Virus record (IMG/VR): IMGVR_UViG_3300045988_101024
Source of the DNA: a virus
Direction: 5' to 3' (one strand)
Length of the DNA: 13,636 nucleotides
Part shown: positions 7,836-13,542 of the stretch, in pieces
How the letters are laid out: each line of letters opens with the position of its first letter
Numbering within the stretch: position 1 is the stretch's first letter
Program-made: the position numbers and the translations under genes
The notes under the pieces: model-generated
The model's database searches: none
What the model saw: only the letters and a program-made list of their open reading frames with translations
Told to the model about the DNA's origin: nothing

Positions 7836-8029
7836 TCTTTTTCACTCCCAGTAATATGGTCTGTAAGCTTTGTGATCGCCTGAGTGTTGTTGTTGAGTGC
7901 ATCTGTCATGTTTTTCATTTCTTCCTTGTGAGCATCGGTTTCTTTCGCCCATAGATAGAAAGTTGCGATAAGACACGCACAAGGAACACCAATGTTACTA
8001 ATGAGTGTAGATAATGAGTTAATATCCAT
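7832..8029 (-). CDS. Small single-TM membrane protein, YvrJ-like; candidate holin
   Basis: The start is moved to the ATG at 8029 (MDINSLSTLISNIGVPCACLIATFYLWAKE...), 5 nt after GGAGGTG. The hydrophobic segment followed by a charged coiled tail resembles the YvrJ family. The 103-aa track ORF extends over noncoding operator-like DNA and has no RBS. Confidence 0.55.
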   Translation of the reverse strand: MDINSLSTLISNIGVPCACLIATFYLWAKETDAHKEEMKNMTDALNNNTQAITKLTDHITGSEKE

Positions 8030-8071
8030 GTTTTCACCTCCCATGATTGAAGTAGCACAATATATAATATG

Positions 8072-8087
8072 TGTTTCACGTGAAACA
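8072..8087. promoter_or_regulatory. Copy 2 of the palindrome TGTTTCACGTGAAACA; candidate operator proximal to the late operon
   Basis: Read directly. It is intergenic, with its promoter-distal edge 42 nt upstream of the ATG at 8029. It is followed on the coding strand by catattatatatt, which holds possible -10 elements (TATTAT/TATATT). Confidence 0.8.
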
Positions 8088-8105
8088 TTAAAGAAGATGA
8101 GAACC

Positions 8106-8121
8106 TGTTTCACGTGAAACA
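8106..8121. promoter_or_regulatory. Copy 3 of the palindrome TGTTTCACGTGAAACA; candidate distal operator
   Basis: Read directly. It is 34 bp centre-to-centre from copy 2 and immediately downstream (minus strand) of the 8124-8154 hairpin and its T-run. Confidence 0.8.
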
Positions 8122-8266
8122 AAACATATACAGGCTTTGACACTCTGTATATGTATGAAAGATTAAGTGTTACAAATTCTTGAGTTGTACATACTCATGC
8201 ACATTGGATATTATATATCCCACGCTCCCAACGTGTTGTACGTGTGCCACGAACACTTGTCTTTCT
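8118..8266 (-). ncRNA. Hypothetical ~150-nt noncoding transcript, a pRNA-like packaging RNA candidate or a structured late-operon leader
   Basis: The ends are inferred from the strong promoter at 8274-8302 and the hairpin plus T-run at 8124-8154. There is no ORF with an RBS. Local hairpins include GGATAT-ata-ATATCC (8206-8220) and GTGTT-CGTG-gca-CACG-tac-AACAC. This is the only sizeable noncoding region in a genome that encodes gp10-like and gp16-like packaging proteins. Confidence 0.25.
8124..8154 (-). terminator. 10-bp inverted repeat (ACATATACAG, 11-nt loop, CTGTATATGT) followed by TTTTGTTT on the minus strand; possible weak intrinsic terminator or attenuator
   Basis: Read directly. The stem is AT-rich (3 G:C pairs) and the loop is long, so termination efficiency is uncertain. 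Confidence 0.4.
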
Positions 8267-8273
8267 ACGAAAG

Positions 8274-8302
8274 ATTATAGCAAATTAAAAAGGACAAGTC
8301 AA
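8274..8302 (-). promoter_or_regulatory. Near-consensus sigma-A promoter: -35 TTGACT, 17-nt spacer, extended -10 TGcTATAAT
   Basis: Minus strand reads aTTGACTtgtcctttttaatttgcTATAATc. The -35 is at 8297-8302, TG at 8281-8282 and the -10 at 8274-8279. It overlaps the 3' half of the early-operon terminator hairpin. Confidence 0.65.
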
Positions 8303-8311
8303 TACTTGTCC
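8281..8311 (-). terminator. Rho-independent terminator of the early/ATPase operon
   Basis: Minus strand reads GGACAAGT-attg-ACTTGTCC followed by TTTTTAATTTG. The 8-bp stem overlaps the last codons and the stop of the ATPase gene. Confidence 0.75.
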
Positions 8312-9348
8312 TTGAAATAATTTTCAAATAGTGATTTTGAGGTGATATCTTCAAACGTGATTTGGTTAGATAGGTACATATCCCATAGGTATACGTAGTC
8401 TCTGCGAAAAGCTTTTATATCCTTGTCTGACTGTGTGTAGGTGGGAGGGTTTCCTGAGTGATGCCTTGTAACGTATATCGTGTTTTTATTTTTTCGTTCG
8501 TAGATTGTAATAGAATCAATACGACATAGTGGTATTAATTCTTTGATGTTCGTTGGTTTGATGTTCGTATAATCAGCGGAATAGAATTCATTTCCGAGTG
8601 CCATGCGATTGAAATTGGAATCAGCTCCTGACATTTTGTATAGAGCTGTTTCTTTTTTCCTCTCTGAAATTGGAGAGTCATATAAGTTGAAAAGTCCAAT
8701 CCCACGTTCCTGCATAATTGACACTGACTGTTTTCTAATGTCCATTGCAGATACTTTTTCCATGAGATTATTTTCAATGAACATATTACATGAGAGATTT
8801 TCTGAGTTAGAAAATAATAGAAACTGAATTGGTGTTTCTCCATCTAACTCTCTGTTTCTGTTCATTGTCTCGTATGCGTTTTTGAACGCATATCCTGCGT
8901 TTTCAACTTTTCGCTCTCGTTTTTCAGGAATGAACTCGTCATATATTCCTATTTCTACGTCTGACGCGTCAAAACCTCGTAAATTCGCGAAAGTGTTTAG
9001 CGCGATTGCATAACCTAAAATCTCTCCTGTATATACAAGTTTTCCATTATCGTCTTTATATGTGTGATAAAATCCGGCAACATTTTTCCCAATCGTTTTT
9101 GGATAGATTGACCACCCCATGTCCTTGTTAAGTTTTTTAAAAGGCGACAGCTCAGGAATTTTGATAGTATCAACCTGTGCTTGTAAAGAACGCATGTACA
9201 CAAAAATTTTTTTATGCTCAATACAATATTTAAGACCGCCGTATGTTTTCCCCGTACCACGACCACCCCAAATATAATTGAACTTTTGTCCATATCCTAA
9301 AATAGCAGGTATCGAAAGATACCCGCTATTTTCATATAATGATAACAT
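8299..9348 (-). CDS. DNA encapsidation (packaging) ATPase, phi29 gp16-like
   Basis: 349 aa. Walker A is WGGRGTGKTYG near the N-terminus, followed by KKIFVYMRS (compare gp16 GARGIGKS...FIYVRR). Walker B-like is VEIGIYDEF. The size is close to the 332 aa of gp16. Confidence 0.88.
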   Translation of the reverse strand: MLSLYENSGYLSIPAILGYGQKFNYIWGGRGTGKTYGGLKYCIEHKKIFVYMRSLQAQVDTIKIPELSPFKKLNKDMGWSIYPKTIGKNVAGFYHTYKDDNGKLVYTGEILGYAIALNTFANLRGFDASDVEIGIYDEFIPEKRERKVENAGYAFKNAYETMNRNRELDGETPIQFLLFSNSENLSCNMFIENNLMEKVSAMDIRKQSVSIMQERGIGLFNLYDSPISERKKETALYKMSGADSNFNRMALGNEFYSADYTNIKPTNIKELIPLCRIDSITIYERKNKNTIYVTRHHSGNPPTYTQSDKDIKAFRRDYVYLWDMYLSNQITFEDITSKSLFENYFKDKY

Positions 9349-9349
9349 A

Positions 9350-9787
9350 TTATTTCTGTGGCTCTGTCATTGGAACATATGTTGAGCCATGTCCCATACG
9401 GTTAAGCGCACGATCCGGGGAAACTAGTGCGCAGATAAGATAGTCACGACCTGCTTTTGACTGCCTGTGAAGAACCTCAATAAAAAATAATTCTGGTACT
9501 TCGTCCATATCAGATAAACGGTCTGTTATATCTTCGAATGCTTCACGGAAAGTTGCTGACTGACCAGAAAATACATCACCTGTATTTGCGTCCTGCACTG
9601 AAATACAGGTGATTTCTTGTCCGTTGCTATCAGTTGTGAGATATTTCACCCACGCTCCAACACAGATAAGTTCTCTGTTCTCTACATTTTTTAACGATGT
9701 GATTGCCGGTGACTCGATAAGGTCATACTCTGAATATGTGTCAAGATTTCCTGATGATTTAATAATTCTATACTGTTTATTTTTCAT
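9350..9787 (-). CDS. Hypothetical early protein; a possible replication accessory protein such as an SSB, from position only
   Basis: 145-aa ORF with AAGGAG upstream of the ATG at 9787. It lies between the polymerase and the ATPase. I recognise no motif. Confidence 0.6.
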   Translation of the reverse strand: MKNKQYRIIKSSGNLDTYSEYDLIESPAITSLKNVENRELICVGAWVKYLTTDSNGQEITCISVQDANTGDVFSGQSATFREAFEDITDRLSDMDEVPELFFIEVLHRQSKAGRDYLICALVSPDRALNRMGHGSTYVPMTEPQK

Positions 9788-9790
9788 GAT

Positions 9791-10054
9791 TTAGTTCTCC
9801 TTTTCTTTTGATGATTTTGTAAAAGTTGCGTGCTTCAAAAACGTTTCTGCGTCCATGCCATAGATTTTTGTTTCTTCCTCATTTCGCTCCCAGTCGATAA
9901 CGATTCCTAAATTTCTTTTTTTGACCTCTTTGTTAATCTGCTCATCTGTGAAATGTCCGACTAAGACTAACTCTTTTATAATCTCACATTTATTCTCAGG
10001 GTCATAACAGATAACATTGATCTTGTTCACTGCTAACTCTCGTGTAATTTTCAT
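9791..10054 (-). CDS. Hypothetical early protein
   Basis: The start is moved to the ATG at 10054 (MKITREL...), 6 nt after GGAGGTGA, giving 87 aa with a Lys/Glu-rich C-terminus. I recognise no motif. Confidence 0.6.
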   Translation of the reverse strand: MKITRELAVNKINVICYDPENKCEIIKELVLVGHFTDEQINKEVKKRNLGIVIDWERNEEETKIYGMDAETFLKHATFTKSSKEKEN

Positions 10055-10107
10055 GTTCTCACCTCCATATATCATTTTCTATTACAATAATTATTATATA
10101 TCCAATG

Positions 10108-12189
10108 TTAATTTTTGTCAAGTGTTTCTCTAAATTCTTTTAAAGTTCTTGCATCTGCTAGAATCCTGCGGTACTCGTCTGTTATGCCTATTGTGTAAGT
10201 TGACGGACGTATAACTACGTTTTGTGTTATGTGTAGAGTGTGACCATCAACTCTGTAATCACCGTATACTGTATCATTATATACGCTTTCAGTTCCACCA
10301 GATTTTGAAAAAGTGAAACCTGTTTTAAACGCTGTAATACCTCCGTAGGTTTCAAGTTCTGACGGTGCACTTTTTTTGTTAACTCCTGCTATTGTTGCAT
10401 GTAATATTCCGTCCTCTGTGCGGTATACATATTTTTTAGCGCCTAGCGTGGAAAATTCGGTGTAAGTATCTTCATATTCATATACGCCCATATAGTGTGT
10501 GATACCGTATTTGTCCGTGGCATATGCCTTATTTAATATACTCTGATCTTTTCGTTGTTTGTTATATTCTTCAAAACGTTTCTCTATATCATCACCAGAA
10601 ATTATGACGTATTTCACGGAATCGGTATCATCGTATATATAACGATCTCCGACTATATTAATCCCCTCTTTTAATCTCAGACGCGCCCATGCTGTCACCC
10701 ATACGCCCCATTGATAAGGTAGAAATGCAGTTCGATTATATTTTTCGAGTAATGTTTCACGTGAAACACTCTCATCGACTGTGTATATATCCTCTGCCGA
10801 TTCTGTGAATATTAATGATTGTTTAACTGGTGTCTGTACCATCATTCCATATCCGGAGTTAAGCAATGCTTTTTGTAGATTGTAGAAGAGTTCCTGTTCA
10901 ACTATTCCTTTAAGCTCTGTTTTATCTGTGTAATATTTACGGAATATGTCTTTTAATGGTTCTGGCAATGAATCATATTTACTCTCATAACATTCAGTCA
11001 CTTCAAAACGTTTCCATTTATATTCATGTTTCATGATCTCATAGTCAATATCAGTGAGTGTTGTTTCAAGATACTCTGCACTTAAAATTCTACCATTGTC
11101 TAATGTTTCACGTGAAACATTTCTACATTTTGAATATGATATATAAGGAGCGCCATAGTATTTATCAATTTGTTCAATTCCTGTGATTTTGCAGCGAAAT
11201 AATAATGCTTTTCCTCTATCCAGTTTCTTTTCTATATCTTCCTCAGTAAGTGTTCCAATGTAAACAAAACGTGTCATAGGAAAAACACAATTTAAAACAA
11301 CATCGGGATATGAGGATGATCTATCACGAGAACCAATACCCATGATCTTTTTGCCATCAGCTCGTATCACAGTTCCTGAGTAGTAACGGTTGGCGTGGGT
11401 GTCTCCACCGCGAAACGCTTCTTCTAGCAGGTTGAATACATCAATATTTGGAAAAATGTCTTTATGTCTACGTGACCATCCATACATAGCTTTTTTTGTT
11501 TCACGGCGAACATAACCAGTTGACGTGAGAGGTAATGTGTATAAATTATCATTATATAAAACCATTCGCTTGTACATTGCTTCCAATAGACCAACAGTAT
11601 CGGTAGCACTATACTCCATTTCATACTCAGTTAGAGGTGTCCATGGGTAACGTTTTTTTGCATAATTGAAAATTTCACCTGATAACTTCGTATGTTCTAC
11701 TTTCATTTTTGATGTGAAAGAACTCAGCGACATATTTGTCTGGAGGTATGAACAACGAAATTCAAAACGGTTTAGCATTTCACATTTTAAAATTTTTCTC
11801 GATTTTATCGCAAAAACTTCATTCGGTGAAAAGGTATATATACCACGCAAAAACTGAAATTCATATGATAAATTGTGTACAAAAATCATGTAATACGCGA
11901 AATTATCATCATTCATAAGCTGATCTAAAAATAGCTCAAATTCTGTCCACGTTCTTCCTATTATAGTGTCAATATGTAAATCATCCAGAAACAAAATTGA
12001 AAATTGCCAAACATACATAATAGACTGTTCGATGTCATCTAACCTTGTTGTTTCAATGTCAAACGCACACATACAGTTTTTATAGCCTTTTGCTTTTTTA
12101 CTTCCTTTATTTGATCTAGTATCATGTAAACATGGGATATTCCGTATTCTATTATAATTATAACTATCAACCGTATACAGATTATCCAT
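10108..12189 (-). CDS. Protein-primed family B DNA polymerase
   Basis: 693 aa with AGGAGGT upstream. Exo I is FDIETT, Exo II HNLSYEFQF, Exo III YSATDTVGL. Motif A is DRSSSYPDV, motif B KALLNSGYGMM, motif C YIYDDTDS, and the KxY motif is GAKKYVY. The genome has ITRs. Confidence 0.97.
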   Translation of the reverse strand: MDNLYTVDSYNYNRIRNIPCLHDTRSNKGSKKAKGYKNCMCAFDIETTRLDDIEQSIMYVWQFSILFLDDLHIDTIIGRTWTEFELFLDQLMNDDNFAYYMIFVHNLSYEFQFLRGIYTFSPNEVFAIKSRKILKCEMLNRFEFRCSYLQTNMSLSSFTSKMKVEHTKLSGEIFNYAKKRYPWTPLTEYEMEYSATDTVGLLEAMYKRMVLYNDNLYTLPLTSTGYVRRETKKAMYGWSRRHKDIFPNIDVFNLLEEAFRGGDTHANRYYSGTVIRADGKKIMGIGSRDRSSSYPDVVLNCVFPMTRFVYIGTLTEEDIEKKLDRGKALLFRCKITGIEQIDKYYGAPYISYSKCRNVSRETLDNGRILSAEYLETTLTDIDYEIMKHEYKWKRFEVTECYESKYDSLPEPLKDIFRKYYTDKTELKGIVEQELFYNLQKALLNSGYGMMVQTPVKQSLIFTESAEDIYTVDESVSRETLLEKYNRTAFLPYQWGVWVTAWARLRLKEGINIVGDRYIYDDTDSVKYVIISGDDIEKRFEEYNKQRKDQSILNKAYATDKYGITHYMGVYEYEDTYTEFSTLGAKKYVYRTEDGILHATIAGVNKKSAPSELETYGGITAFKTGFTFSKSGGTESVYNDTVYGDYRVDGHTLHITQNVVIRPSTYTIGITDEYRRILADARTLKEFRETLDKN
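10753..10768. promoter_or_regulatory. Copy 4 of the palindrome TGTTTCACGTGAAACA, inside the polymerase gene
   Basis: Read directly. It is in frame as V475-S-R-E-T (DESVSRETLLEK). Confidence 0.8.
11104..11119. promoter_or_regulatory. Copy 5 of the palindrome TGTTTCACGTGAAACA (20-bp palindrome, 11102-11121), inside the polymerase gene
   Basis: Read directly. It is in frame as V358-S-R-E-T (CRNVSRETLDNG). Confidence 0.8.
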
Positions 12190-12194
12190 GTTTC

Positions 12195-12812
12195 TTACCT
12201 CCTATGTTTACGTTTACCTGCTTTCTTTCTCTGACGTTTTGCTTTTTCTTTCTTAGCAATTCCAGATTTCAATTTTTGAATATTTCGTGATCCTGTTCTC
12301 AAAAATTCTTTATACAGCTCTAATAATTTACTTGTACTAATTTTCTCACCATCAGAATAGAGTTCAACTGCAAAATCGGAATCATATATTCTGTCTGATG
12401 CAAAATCTCTGAGCTGTTCCATAAATTTACCAAAATTGAGTAAATCCGTATGCGTTTTTAAATTAGTGCCATAAATATCATTAAGATGTCGCATATGCTC
12501 TTTTTCCTGTTGTTTTAATCCTGTAATACTAGTTCGGTCTGATGCAATAATGGTTGCCAGTTCTGATAACAAGTGATAGATTTCTCTATCACTTGTTATG
12601 TCCTTTAACTGTTTATAACGTTGAATTGGTCGATCTTTTACAAGGTTAATATCTTTATAATCAGATTTCAGTAATCTTTCGTAACGCTTACGCCAAATTG
12701 ATCTCAACCGTGAATACTCTTTTCTCACATCTTTCATATCCCATGTTAATTCGAGAGAAAGAGGTGTATAATCATCTTTATTCCTCTTCAAATAAGACTT
12801 TCTTGTTGTCAA
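12195..12812 (-). CDS. Candidate terminal protein (call based on position) with a polybasic C-terminal tail
   Basis: The ORF lies immediately upstream of the polymerase, as phi29 gene 3 precedes gene 2. The likely start is the TTG at 12812, 8 nt after GGAGG; the track's GTG start lies inside the RBS. The predicted protein looks helical and charged and ends KKEKAKRQRKKAGKRKHRR. I recognise no sequence similarity. Confidence 0.4.
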   Translation of the reverse strand: MTTRKSYLKRNKDDYTPLSLELTWDMKDVRKEYSRLRSIWRKRYERLLKSDYKDINLVKDRPIQRYKQLKDITSDREIYHLLSELATIIASDRTSITGLKQQEKEHMRHLNDIYGTNLKTHTDLLNFGKFMEQLRDFASDRIYDSDFAVELYSDGEKISTSKLLELYKEFLRTGSRNIQKLKSGIAKKEKAKRQRKKAGKRKHRR

Positions 12813-13035
12813 TCGGCACACCTCCCTCTAATTTATTGTAATACACAGGACGAAAGCTTTCTTCAAATTCTACAACATAGTCCTGTACGATTGCCATTGC
12901 TACCGCTCCTGTGTATGCTTTCACAAGTAGATAATCACATTTATTTTTACACTCACTTTTCATGATGTTTGGTGTATTCAATTCTTTAATATAAACCTTA
13001 TACCATGATTTCTCCCTGTTTAATGGTCTGCTCAT
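12778..13035 (-). CDS. Hypothetical early protein
   Basis: The start is moved to the ATG at 13035 (MSRPLNREK...), 7 nt after GGAGG, giving 85 aa. It overlaps both neighbouring genes. Confidence 0.55.
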   Translation of the reverse strand: MSRPLNREKSWYKVYIKELNTPNIMKSECKNKCDYLLVKAYTGAVAMAIVQDYVVEFEESFRPVYYNKLEGGVPIDNKKVLFEEE

Positions 13036-13216
13036 TATATAACCTCCATTTCTCAACACATCTCAAGATATCGTCAAAACTTGTCATTGCTGACCACATT
13101 ATATAGGGCTTATGGTCAAAACACTTTTTAAATTCAGTGCAACATTTCGATTGACTACATAAATGACAATATTCAGTATCATTACATGTAAAACAAATAT
13201 CACAATAATTTTTCAT
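12998..13216 (-). CDS. Cys-rich small early protein, a possible zinc-ribbon or zinc-finger protein
   Basis: The start is moved to the ATG at 13216 (MKNYCDICFTCNDTEYCHLCSQSKCCTEFKKC...), 9 nt after GGAGG. There are eight Cys in the first 32 residues, including CxxCxxC and CxxC spacings. Confidence 0.55.
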   Translation of the reverse strand: MKNYCDICFTCNDTEYCHLCSQSKCCTEFKKCFDHKPYIMWSAMTSFDDILRCVEKWRLYNEQTIKQGEIMV

Positions 13217-13311
13217 TTCGTATATCCTCCTGACCATTTAGCACCGCACCAAACACCATACGGAAATATTAGTATAGCTCCGAAACAAAACCAACAAATA
13301 GCATCAAACAT
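13213..13311 (-). CDS. Possible 32-aa hydrophobic micro-protein
   Basis: MFDAICWFCFGAILIFPYGVWCGAKWSGGYTK. Its start overlaps the upstream stop (TAATG) and its stop overlaps the downstream start (ATGA). It is below the ORF-track size cutoff and has no separate RBS. Confidence 0.35.
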   Translation of the reverse strand: MFDAICWFCFGAILIFPYGVWCGAKWSGGYTK

Positions 13312-13313
13312 TA

Positions 13314-13460
13314 TTATATGCACCTACTTTCTATTTCTTCTTTAATCCACTTACGCTCCCGATAACGCCACGGTAACCACATGTCCTTGTATTCTTGCAA
13401 TAGCTCACGTGGAGTGAGCCATGCAAGATAATTTTTGTAGCTTTCTTCGTAATTATTCAT
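13314..13460 (-). CDS. First early ORF, a 48-aa hypothetical protein
   Basis: MNNYEESYKNYLAWLTPRELLQEYKDMWLPWRYRERKWIKEEIESRCI. GAGAGGTGA lies 7 nt upstream of the ATG at 13460, and the ORF is directly downstream of the early promoter. Confidence 0.5.
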   Translation of the reverse strand: MNNYEESYKNYLAWLTPRELLQEYKDMWLPWRYRERKWIKEEIESRCI

Positions 13461-13488
13461 TTATATTCACCTCTCTTTCTTTAATAAT

Positions 13489-13517
13489 ATTATATATCAT
13501 TATTTAGATTTATTCAA
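13489..13517 (-). promoter_or_regulatory. Early sigma-A promoter: -35 TTGAAT, 17-nt spacer, -10 TATAAT
   Basis: Minus strand reads tcTTTGAATaaatctaaataatgataTATAATatt. The -35 is at 13512-13517 and the -10 at 13489-13494, just inside the right ITR and facing the genes. Confidence 0.7.
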
Positions 13518-13542
13518 AGACCATATTGTTCGCAAACACATG

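Noticed and set aside
8122-8134. A 13-mer, AAACATATACAGG, in the intergenic hairpin matches ITR positions 14-26 (AAACACATACAGG) at 12 of 13 bases, hinting at an internal origin-like site.
   Set aside because: A rough estimate gives an expected count near one for a 12/13 match between any ITR 13-mer and a 13.6-kb AT-rich genome on both strands. A longer alignment needs several gaps.
8030-8143. N-terminal extension of the 103-aa ORF (MSKPVYVLFHVKQVLIFFNVSRETHIIYCATSIMGGEN).
   Set aside because: There is no RBS at 8143, whereas a strong GGAGGTG precedes the internal ATG at 8029. The extension simply reads through the two palindromes and the AT-rich promoter-like DNA.
8157-8259. A long-range 7-bp complementarity (AAGTGTT with AACACTT) within the putative ncRNA, which could form a closing helix like pRNA helix A.
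   Set aside because: A 7-mer complement within about 150 nt is expected roughly once by chance. It cannot be trusted without covariation from homologues.
9373-9384. GAACATATGTTG, a near LexA box just upstream of the ATPase start.
   Set aside because: It has one mismatch in the conserved GTTC half-site and lies inside coding sequence. One-mismatch hits to an 8-base gapped motif are expected by chance in a genome of this size.
11498-11512. A degenerate palindrome-like sequence, GTTTCACGGCGAACA, in the polymerase gene (encoding VRRET), a possible sixth copy.
   Set aside because: It matches only 12 of 15 bases. At that stringency a chance hit is plausible (expectation of order 0.3), and the palindromic symmetry is broken.
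13403-13419. A hairpin, GCTCAC-gtgga-GTGAGC, containing a sixth CACGTG inside the first early ORF.
   Set aside because: The 6-bp stem has no T-run and shares only the CACGTG core with the 16-bp palindrome. This is too weak to call a regulatory site.
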